Shown one piece after another: positions 46,786 through 54,877 of a DNA stretch of 54,877 nucleotides. A program made the position numbers and the translations under genes. Under the pieces are notes generated by a model that saw nothing but the letters and a program-made list of their open reading frames with translations, did no database searches and was not told the DNA's origin. The stretch's first letter is position 1; each line of letters opens with the position of its first letter. Source of the stretch: Candidatus Dormibacteria bacterium. GTDB taxonomy: Bacteria > Chloroflexota > Dormibacteria > Aeolococcales > Bog-877. Where the stretch lies: positions 1 through 54,877 of the forward strand of contig JBEKRL010000016.1 in the NCBI GenBank assembly GCA_049518775.1, written 5' to 3'.

Positions 46786-47777
46786 GGATGCTGGCCGTGG
46801 AGACCTCCTGCGATGAGACGGCTGCGGCGCTGGTGGGGGACGACTTCAGTGTGGAGAGCTCGGTGGTGGCCTCCCAGGCTCAGGCCCACGCCGCGTTCGG
46901 GGGGGTGGTTCCGGAACTGGCCGCCAGGATGCACCTGGAGTGGATCGGGGCGGTCGTGGCGGAGGCGATGCTTCCCCTTGGCGGCGACTGGTCGCGGCTG
47001 GACGGGATCGCGGTGACCAGGGGTCCGGGTCTCATCGGCTGCCTGGCGGTGGGCTCCGCCTACGCCCAGAGCCTGGCGGCAGCGAGGGGCCTGCCGGTGG
47101 TGGGGGTCAACCACATGAGCGGCCATGTGCTGGCGGCCCGGATCACCGACCCCGCCCTCGAGCCTCCGTTCGTGGCCCTGGTGGTGAGCGGGGGCCACAC
47201 CGATCTCATCCACTACCAGGCCCACGACCGGGTGCTGCTGATGGGGGCCACCCGCGACGATGCGGTGGGAGAGGCCTTCGACAAGGTCGCCCGCACCCTG
47301 GGCCTGGGGTACCCGGGAGGTCCGGCGATCGACCACGTGGCGGCGTCGGGGAACCCCCTGCGCTACCGGCTACCCCGACCGGTGCTGCCGGATTTCTCCT
47401 TCTCCTTCAGCGGGCTGAAGACGGCCGTCCTCTATCTGGTGCGGGATCTGGGCCAGCTGGACCCGGAGAGGGTAGCCGACATCGCCGCTAGCTTCCGCCT
47501 CGCCGCCGTGGAGACGCTCTGCACCCAGCTCGAGGCCGCGGTGGAGAGGACCGGTTGCGGGCAGGTGGTCCTCGCCGGCGGGGTGGCCAGCAACCGGCTC
47601 CTCCGGGCCCAGGTCCGGAGCCGGCTGGAGGGGATGGCCAAGGTCACCATCCCCGCTCCCGAGCTCTGCACCGACAACGCCGCGATGATCGGGGCCGCCG
47701 GGTGGACCCGACGGTCGGTGCATGGCTTCGACCGGGTTCCCTTCGATGTCGAGCCGGGCCTGCGCGCCTACGCCTGA
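46782..47777 (+). CDS. tsaD: tRNA N6-threonylcarbamoyltransferase TsaD
   Basis: ETSCDET, GGVVPELAARMH, NHMSGH, VSGGHT, GEAFDKVAR, FSFSGLKT, TDNAAMI. Confidence 0.98.
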   Translation: MRMLAVETSCDETAAALVGDDFSVESSVVASQAQAHAAFGGVVPELAARMHLEWIGAVVAEAMLPLGGDWSRLDGIAVTRGPGLIGCLAVGSAYAQSLAAARGLPVVGVNHMSGHVLAARITDPALEPPFVALVVSGGHTDLIHYQAHDRVLLMGATRDDAVGEAFDKVARTLGLGYPGGPAIDHVAASGNPLRYRLPRPVLPDFSFSFSGLKTAVLYLVRDLGQLDPERVADIAASFRLAAVETLCTQLEAAVERTGCGQVVLAGGVASNRLLRAQVRSRLEGMAKVTIPAPELCTDNAAMIGAAGWTRRSVHGFDRVPFDVEPGLRAYA

Positions 47778-47822
47778 GCTATCGGGGCCGACCCGCCCCG
47801 AGGGGAGGCCGGCGTCGCAGCC

Positions 47823-48794
47823 TCAGACCGAGAAGTCCCAGAAGGCCCCGGTTCGCGGATAGCGGCGTCGGCAGGAGGGGCAAAGCGCCACCTCCAGGGT
47901 CCACTCCAGGGCAGCCCGGCAGGAGGGGCACTGCAGGCGCCGGGCCAGCCCGGCCAGCTCCGGAGTCAGCGTGGCCAGAGGTTGGGGAAGGTGCGCCGGC
48001 TGGGGCTCGCGTCGCTCCGCCATCAGGAACTGGCTGGGGCCCCACCAGCCCCGGCCAAGCCGCTGGGCGGCCAGCTCCATGGAGTAGACCAAAGGCCGCA
48101 GAGCCCGCACCGCCAGGGGGGGCAGCGACTGGTCCCAGCGCCGGAAGTTGTTGACGCTGGCGACCGTCTGGGTCTCGAAGCCGGCCCTGCGCAGGCAGGC
48201 TCGGATCTGCTCCATCTGGTACGTGTAGAAGGGATACTCGGTCGAGCCGGTGACCATCGGTTGGGGGCCGGAGAGCTCCCGGTAGCGGCCCCGGGCCGCG
48301 GCCCGGAGCCGTCCCAGGATGTGATGCTTGATGGGCACGTCCAGCAGCCAGTGGCGCTCCACGGTCCGGGCCATCTCGGTGAGGCAGCGGTCCACGTCGG
48401 TGAGGTGGTGGAGCACCCGGACCACCATGGCGGCCTCCACGGCCGAGTCCGCCAGCGGCAACCGGCCCAGGTCGGCGCGCAGGAGATGGACCCGGCCAGC
48501 GCTGATCTCAGGGGCCAGGTACTCGCCGGCCCGGGTGAGGTTGGCCACCGAGTAGTCCACCAGGAGGGCGCGGTCGGTCACCTCCAGGTAACGGGCGGCG
48601 TTCCTGCCGAAGCCGGCGCCGAAGTCGGCGAACCAGCGGGTCCGGCCGAGGCGGGGCAGCAGCCGGTGCAGGATCCGGGCCTCCACCCACCGCTCGTAAT
48701 CCCGGTTGGCCCAGAAGGCGGGGTAGTCGAAGCCGCTGTCGTAATCGACGATGCGCTCATCGGGCTCGCTCGAGGGAGGCGGAGACAGGGACAT
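47823..48794 (-). CDS. Class I SAM-dependent methyltransferase with C-terminal Zn ribbon
   Basis: Motif I ADFGAGFGR, VDYS, RADLGRLPL, VRVLHHL; C-terminus CPSC..CPSCRRRYP. Confidence 0.88.
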   Translation of the reverse strand: MSLSPPPSSEPDERIVDYDSGFDYPAFWANRDYERWVEARILHRLLPRLGRTRWFADFGAGFGRNAARYLEVTDRALLVDYSVANLTRAGEYLAPEISAGRVHLLRADLGRLPLADSAVEAAMVVRVLHHLTDVDRCLTEMARTVERHWLLDVPIKHHILGRLRAAARGRYRELSGPQPMVTGSTEYPFYTYQMEQIRACLRRAGFETQTVASVNNFRRWDQSLPPLAVRALRPLVYSMELAAQRLGRGWWGPSQFLMAERREPQPAHLPQPLATLTPELAGLARRLQCPSCRAALEWTLEVALCPSCRRRYPRTGAFWDFSV

Positions 48795-48859
48795 TGGTGC
48801 CCCGATCCTAGCCCCCGGAGGTTCCCCGAGTCGGCATTGCTCAGGGCGACTCAGTGGAC

Positions 48860-48889
48860 TTGCAGTTCGGGCCGCCGCGGGCATAGACT
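48860..48889 (+). promoter_or_regulatory. sigmaA-type promoter of groESL
   Basis: TTGCAG-18 nt-TAGACT immediately before CIRCE. Confidence 0.7.
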
Positions 48890-48890
48890 G

Positions 48891-48917
48891 TTAGCACTCA
48901 CAAGGGTTGAGTGCTAA
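48891..48917. promoter_or_regulatory. CIRCE operator (HrcA binding site)
   Basis: Exact TTAGCACTC-N9-GAGTGCTAA upstream of groES. Confidence 0.98.
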
Positions 48918-48935
48918 CAGTGCAGGAGGTAGGGA

Positions 48936-49247
48936 ATGGCCCTGAAGCTACGGCCACTGGCTGACCGCGTGGTGGTGAAGCCGCTCGAGCGCGAAGAGAC
49001 CACCAAGAGCGGAATCGTGCTACCGGACACGGCCAAGGAGAAACCCCAGGAGGGCCTGGTCGAGGCGGTCGGGAATGGCAAGTACAACGAGCAGACCGGG
49101 CAGAGGGTGGCAATGGATGTGGCGGTCGGCGATCGCATCATCTACGCCAAGTACTCGGGATCGGAGATCAAGATCGATGAGCAGGACTACCTCATCCTCT
49201 CGGAGCGGGACATCCTCGCAGTGGTCACAGCCAAGCACAAGGCCTGA
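48936..49247 (+). CDS. groES: Co-chaperonin GroES
   Basis: [34 protein letters not shown]. Confidence 0.99.
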   Translation: MALKLRPLADRVVVKPLEREETTKSGIVLPDTAKEKPQEGLVEAVGNGKYNEQTGQRVAMDVAVGDRIIYAKYSGSEIKIDEQDYLILSERDILAVVTAKHKA

Positions 49248-49326
49248 ACAGTTGAGCTGAGGGCTCGCGGGACCAGATGAGGGGTTGCCGCGAGCCCAGC
49301 CCCCAACGCCTAGGAGAGATGATCAA

Positions 49327-51003
49327 GTGCCAGCCAAGCAACTGAAGTTCGATGAGCAGGCTCGCATGGCCATCCTACGGGGCACCGCGCAGGTGGCCAC
49401 CGCAGTTCGGCCGACCCTGGGTCCGAGGGGGCGCTCGGTGGTGATTGACCGCAAGTACGGGAGCCCCCAGGTGACCGCCGATGGGGCCACCATCGTGAGG
49501 GACATCGAGCTCCCCGACCACTTCGAGAACATGGGCGCGCAGCTCCTGGCCGAGGCTGCCCGCCGGGCCAACGACCTGGCCGGGGATGGCACCACCACAG
49601 CCGCGCTCCTGGCCGAGGCCATGGTCGTCGAGGGGATGCGCAACCTGGCCGCGGGGGCATCGCCGATCGGGCTCAAGCGAGGCATTGACAAGGCCACCGG
49701 GATGGCGCTGGCCGAGCTGGACCGGCTCAGCAGGCCCCTGGCGGGGCGCGATGACGTCGCCCATGTCGCCACCATCTCCAGCGGCAGCGCGGAGATAGGG
49801 GAGATGATCGCCGACGCCATGGAGCGGGTCACCTCGGACGGGGTGATCACGGTGGAGGAGTCCTCCGGGATCGAGACCGAGGTCAAGGTGGTCGACGGAA
49901 TGCAGTTCGACCGCGGCTATGTCTCCTCGTACCTGGTCACCGACCAGAAGGCGATGGAGGCGGTACTGGAGGATCCCCTCATCCTGGTGACGGCGCGCAA
50001 GCTCTCGGCGCTCGCCGACATCGTCCCCCCGATGGAACTCGCGGTCCAGGGAGGTCGTCCGCTGTTGGTGATCGCCGAGGATGTCGACGGGGAGGCGCTC
50101 TCTGTCCTGGTGGTGAATCGGCTGCGAGGCACCATCATCGCCTGCGCCGTCAAGGCTCCCGGCTTCGGCGACCGCCGCACCGCCACCCTTCAGGACATCG
50201 CAGTTCTGACTGGGGCCGAGGTCATCTCCGAGGAGCTGGGCCTGACCATAGAGGGGCTCACCCTGGCCCAGCTGGGCTCGGCGCGGCGAGTCGTGGTGAC
50301 CAAGGACGACACCACCATCGTCGAGGGGAAGGGCAGCCAGGAGCGGGTCAGCGAGCGGGTGCGCGAGATCGAGCAGCAGGTGGAGCAGACCGACTCGGAC
50401 TGGGACCGGGAGAAGCTTCAGGAGCGCAAGGCCAGGCTCGTCGGCGGTGTGGCGGTGATCCGCGTGGGGGCTCCCACCGAGACCGCCCTCAAGGAGCGCA
50501 AGGAGCGGGTCGAGGACGCCCTGGGTGCGACCCGGGCGGCGGTCGAGGAGGGGATCCTTCCGGGCGGAGGTAAGAGCCTGCTGCTGGCGGCAGCCAAGAT
50601 CTCCAAGCTCGATGGTGACGTCGATGAGCAGACCGGTGCCGAGATCGTGCGGCGAGCCCTGGAGGTCCCGGTCCGCCAGCTGGCCGCCAATGCCGGATTG
50701 GACGGCTCGGTGGCGCTGGAGGCGGTCCGGGCGATGGGCCCGACCGAGGGGCTGGACGTGCAGACCTTGGAGTACGGGGATCTGGTCAAGGCCGGCATCA
50801 TCGATCCCACCAAGGTGGTCAAGACCAGCCTCCAGAGTGCCGCTTCGGTGGCCGGGCTGCTGCTGACGACGCAGGCCTTGGTGGCCGACATCCCGGTGTC
50901 CGAGTCGGCGCTTCCGATGGGTGGGGGCGGCGACGGCATGGGCGGGATGGGTGGCATGGGCGGGATGGGTGGCATGGGCGGGATGGAGGACATGGACTTC
51001 TGA
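49327..51003 (+). CDS. groEL: Chaperonin GroEL
   Basis: TLGPRG, AGDGTTTA, GMQFDRGY, KAPGFGDRR, GGM-repeat tail; GTG 49327 start. Confidence 0.98.
   Translation: MPAKQLKFDEQARMAILRGTAQVATAVRPTLGPRGRSVVIDRKYGSPQVTADGATIVRDIELPDHFENMGAQLLAEAARRANDLAGDGTTTAALLAEAMVVEGMRNLAAGASPIGLKRGIDKATGMALAELDRLSRPLAGRDDVAHVATISSGSAEIGEMIADAMERVTSDGVITVEESSGIETEVKVVDGMQFDRGYVSSYLVTDQKAMEAVLEDPLILVTARKLSALADIVPPMELAVQGGRPLLVIAEDVDGEALSVLVVNRLRGTIIACAVKAPGFGDRRTATLQDIAVLTGAEVISEELGLTIEGLTLAQLGSARRVVVTKDDTTIVEGKGSQERVSERVREIEQQVEQTDSDWDREKLQERKARLVGGVAVIRVGAPTETALKERKERVEDALGATRAAVEEGILPGGGKSLLLAAAKISKLDGDVDEQTGAEIVRRALEVPVRQLAANAGLDGSVALEAVRAMGPTEGLDVQTLEYGDLVKAGIIDPTKVVKTSLQSAASVAGLLLTTQALVADIPVSESALPMGGGGDGMGGMGGMGGMGGMGGMEDMDF
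50935..50986 (+). repeat. 18-bp tandem repeat (about 3 copies) encoding the GroEL Gly-Gly-Met tail
   Basis: GGCATGGGCGGGATGGGT x2 plus 16 nt of a third copy. Confidence 0.95.
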
Positions 51004-51029
51004 CCGTCGCTCAGGCGGAGAATGTCCCG

Positions 51030-51905
51030 GTGCCCAGGCCCTCCCGGATCACGCTGGCGGTCTGCCAGTACGCGCCCCAGGTGGGGGAACTGGAGTCGAA
51101 CGCGGCCCTGGGCAGCGAGTGGATCGGGAGGGCGGCCGCGGCCGGCGCCAACCTCATCGTGCTGCCGGAGCTGGCCGCCTCGGGCTACGTGTTCGCCAGC
51201 TCCGAGGAGGCCGAGCGGTCCTCCCAGCCGGCCGCGGGGGGTCCGACCCTGACGAGGTGGATCGAGGCCTGCCACCGGGACGGGGTCTGGGTGGTGGCGG
51301 GGTTCGCCGAGAGCACCCCCCGGGGGCGGTTCAACTCAGCCGCGCTGCTGGGCCCGGACGGGGTGGTCGGGGTCTATCGCAAGGCCCACCTCTTCTTTGA
51401 CGAGAAGAGCTATTTCGAGCCTGGGGAGGGGGGCTTCCCGGTCTTCGATCTGCCCCTGGGACGAGTGGGGCTGCTGATCTGCTACGACGTCTGGTTCCCG
51501 GAGGCGGCCCGGGTGCTGGCCCTGGCTGGTGCCGACATCGTCTGCATTCCCACCAACTGGGTGGCCAACTTTCGCCGCCAGGTGCTCGACGAGCGGGGAT
51601 GGACCATGGGCAACTACGCCTGTGTGGCGATCGCCACGCAGAACCAGGTCTTCGTGGCCGCGGCCGACCGGATCGGGACCGAGAGGGGCATCGAGTTCGT
51701 GGGCTGCAGCTGCATCGTGGGCCCGGATGGATGGATGCTCACCGGCCCCGCGGCGCGCTCCGACGAGGCGCTCCTAGTGGCCGACCTGGATCTGGGCCGC
51801 GCCGTCGCCGCCCGGCAGCGAACGCCAAGGAACCATACCCTGCTCGACCGCCGGCCAGAGCTCTACGGGTCGCTGAGCGCGATCTCGCCGGCGGCCCAGG
51901 ATTGA
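51030..51905 (+). CDS. Carbon-nitrogen hydrolase (nitrilase superfamily)
   Basis: Glu-Lys-Cys triad motifs LPEL, YRKAHL, ICYDVWFPE; C-terminal DRRPELY. Confidence 0.95.
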   Translation: MPRPSRITLAVCQYAPQVGELESNAALGSEWIGRAAAAGANLIVLPELAASGYVFASSEEAERSSQPAAGGPTLTRWIEACHRDGVWVVAGFAESTPRGRFNSAALLGPDGVVGVYRKAHLFFDEKSYFEPGEGGFPVFDLPLGRVGLLICYDVWFPEAARVLALAGADIVCIPTNWVANFRRQVLDERGWTMGNYACVAIATQNQVFVAAADRIGTERGIEFVGCSCIVGPDGWMLTGPAARSDEALLVADLDLGRAVAARQRTPRNHTLLDRRPELYGSLSAISPAAQD

Positions 51906-54178
51906 CCGAGCTGGCCAGATTGGGGCCAACCGCTGGTCCCGGCGCGGCCCCGGAGGCCGCAGGTGTGCTGAGCGGGCTCAACCCCGCCCAGCTGGAGGCG
52001 GTGCTGGCTCCTGACCGCCCGGTCCTGGTCCTGGCCGGGGCGGGCTCCGGGAAGACCAGGGTCCTGACCCACCGGATCGTCCACCTCCTGGCTCAGCACC
52101 GGGCCAGCCCGGGCCGGGTGATGGCGGTGACCTTCACCAACAAGGCGGCCCGGGAGATGCGGGAGCGGATCACCACCTTGCTGGGGGCCGAGCCTTACGG
52201 CATGTGGCTGGGCACCTTCCACGCCTGCAGCGCCCGCATCCTGCGGGAGCGCGGGGAGTTGATCGGAGTGCCCCGCAACTTTGTCATCTACGACGAGGTG
52301 GACCAGCTGGCGCTGATCAAGGAGGCCATGCGCCTGGCTGGGGTGGACGAGAAGCGGACCAGCCCCTCGACGGTCTCCGCCGAGATCTCCCGGGCCAAGA
52401 ATGATCTCAAGGGGCCCGGCCCCTATGCGGACGGCGCCGTGGGGTACGTGGAGTCCCAGGTGGCCTCGGTCTATCCCCGCTACCAGGGCCTCCTAGAAGG
52501 TGCGGGGGCCCTCGACTTCGACGACCTGCTCTTCCGGGCGGTGGAGCTGCTCCAGGGATCGGAGGAGGCCCGCGAGCGCTACCGCCTTCGCTTCGATCAC
52601 GTGCTGGTCGACGAGTACCAGGACACCAACCGGGCCCAGTACCTGCTGCTCCGGAGCCTGGTCGAGGAGCACCGCCGGATCACGGTGGTGGGCGACCCCG
52701 ACCAGTCGGTCTACAGCTGGCGTGGCGCCGACCTCCGCAACATCCTGGAGTTCCAGCGTGACTACCCCGACGCCCTGGTGATCCCGCTGGAGCAGAACTA
52801 CCGGAGCACCAAGGCCATTCTCGGGGCCGCCCAGTCGGTGATCCGGGAGAACTCAGAGCGGCTCGACAAGGGGCTCTGGACCGAGGGTCCGGATGGGACG
52901 CCGGTGGTGGTGGCCCAGCTCTACGACGAGCGGGAGGAGGCCAACGCGGTGGCCCAGGAGGCGAGGCGACTGGTGGACTCAGGGGAGTGCGACTTCGGCG
53001 AGATCGCGGTCGTGTACCGCACCAACGCCCAGTCCCGGGCACTCGAGGACACCCTGCTCAGGGCGGGGATCCCCTACCGGCTGGTGGGGGGAGTCCGCTT
53101 CTACCAGCGGCGGGAGGTGAAGGACGTGCTCGCCTACCTGCGCCTCCTCGACCATCCCCAGGACCGGCTCGCCTTCGAGCGTGCCATCAGGGTCCCCAAG
53201 CGGGGGATAGGCGCCCAGTCCCTCAGTCAGCTGATGGGGGCCACCCAGGAGGCGGGGGTCTCTCACTGGGAGCTCCTCCAGGACCCTCAGGCGGTCGGCG
53301 TCCGGGGAGCCGCCGCCAACTCTTTGCGGCGCTTCCGGGAAATGATCCTCGAGGTCTCGGAGTGGGGCCGCCCGTGGCCCCTGGTGACGGTGCTGGACCG
53401 GCTCCTGGACCGGAGCGGGTACCGCCAGTTCGTCCGGGATGGCAGCCTGGAGGGAGAGGAACGGTGGGCCAATGTCATGGAGCTTCGGGGACTGGCCGCG
53501 GAGCAGGGGGAGCTGGCCTCGGCGGAGGCCCTGCCACTGTTCCTGGAGCAGGTGGCACTGGCCGGCGAGGTGGACCAGATGGAGGAGTCCACCAGGGCGG
53601 TCACCCTGATCACCCTGCACCAGGTCAAGGGGCTGGAGTTCCCGGTCGTCTTCATCACCGGGGTTGAGGAGGGGCTGTTACCCCACAGCCGCTCCCTGGA
53701 CACCCTCGGCGAGATCGAAGAGGAGCGCCGGCTCCTCTATGTGGGCATGACTAGGGCCAAGCGACGGCTCTACCTCAGCCACTGCTTCCGTCGCCACGTC
53801 TACGGCAGTCCCAGTCCGGCGATCCCGTCTCGGTTCCTGGCCCCGCTAGGGCAGCAGTCTGAGGTGGAGAGCTGGCACGTCGGAGCCGCCGGGCCGCAGC
53901 CGGGCTACGTTCCCCCGGTGGCTGCGAGGGGCCAGCCTCTGCCACTGCGCCGGGCCCGGGAGGTGGTCTTCGAGCATGCCACCGCCCCGGGGCCGGAGGT
54001 GGTCAAGCAGAGCCGCTTCCAGGCTGGGGACAGGGTGGAGCACGCCCGCTTTGGCCGGGGCCTGATCCGCGCCAGTGAGATGGGACCGGGTGGGGAGGAG
54101 GTCGTCATCGAGTTCGCGACTTCGGGAGTGCGGCGCTTCGCGGTGAGCGACGCGATTCTGCGCCGGGTCGACGGCTAG
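51902..54178 (+). CDS. pcrA: ATP-dependent DNA helicase PcrA/UvrD
   Basis: AGAGSGKT, TFTNKAA, DEYQDTN, VGDPDQS, QNYRST, KGLEF, EERRLLYVGMTRA, C-terminal Tudor-like domain; TTGA overlap start. Confidence 0.96.
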   Translation: MTELARLGPTAGPGAAPEAAGVLSGLNPAQLEAVLAPDRPVLVLAGAGSGKTRVLTHRIVHLLAQHRASPGRVMAVTFTNKAAREMRERITTLLGAEPYGMWLGTFHACSARILRERGELIGVPRNFVIYDEVDQLALIKEAMRLAGVDEKRTSPSTVSAEISRAKNDLKGPGPYADGAVGYVESQVASVYPRYQGLLEGAGALDFDDLLFRAVELLQGSEEARERYRLRFDHVLVDEYQDTNRAQYLLLRSLVEEHRRITVVGDPDQSVYSWRGADLRNILEFQRDYPDALVIPLEQNYRSTKAILGAAQSVIRENSERLDKGLWTEGPDGTPVVVAQLYDEREEANAVAQEARRLVDSGECDFGEIAVVYRTNAQSRALEDTLLRAGIPYRLVGGVRFYQRREVKDVLAYLRLLDHPQDRLAFERAIRVPKRGIGAQSLSQLMGATQEAGVSHWELLQDPQAVGVRGAAANSLRRFREMILEVSEWGRPWPLVTVLDRLLDRSGYRQFVRDGSLEGEERWANVMELRGLAAEQGELASAEALPLFLEQVALAGEVDQMEESTRAVTLITLHQVKGLEFPVVFITGVEEGLLPHSRSLDTLGEIEEERRLLYVGMTRAKRRLYLSHCFRRHVYGSPSPAIPSRFLAPLGQQSEVESWHVGAAGPQPGYVPPVAARGQPLPLRRAREVVFEHATAPGPEVVKQSRFQAGDRVEHARFGRGLIRASEMGPGGEEVVIEFATSGVRRFAVSDAILRRVDG

Positions 54179-54877
<699 letters not shown>

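Noticed and set aside
50935-50986. Tandem repeat as a possible CRISPR or VNTR element
   Set aside because: No spacers; it encodes the ordinary GroEL GGM tail.

Overview
High-GC bacterial core-genome window. About 37 kb is the conserved transcription/translation supercluster: rpmG-tRNA(Trp)-secE-nusG-rplKAJL-rpoBC-rpsLG-fusA-tuf, the S10/spc/alpha operons, then truA-rplM-rpsI. Next come an eroded ornithine carbamoyltransferase fragment, cdaA-cdaR-glmS (no glmM), an AcpS-NnrD fusion, alr, thiL-tsaE-tsaB-rimI-tsaD, a convergent SAM methyltransferase, CIRCE-groES-groEL, a nitrilase-family hydrolase, pcrA and the start of ligA. The left edge holds a PAS-PAS-GAF-EAL gene (missed by the ORF track because it runs off the window) and a GtrA-family gene. 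Gene order, CIRCE, CdaA/CdaR and the RNA-polymerase insertions suggest a Terrabacteria lineage such as Chloroflexota or Ca. Dormibacterota (inference only). I saw no mobile element, CRISPR array or multi-gene novel system. The strongest anomaly is that rpsC (S3, 30S) reads in frame into rplP (L16, 50S). Codon usage shows this comes from a net 1-nt loss in the S3 tail, so it is either an assembly error or a recent real fusion. Other oddities are the AcpS-NnrD fusion lacking the epimerase, a divergent IF-1, a probable CTG-initiated thiL and the OTCase relic coupled to cdaA.
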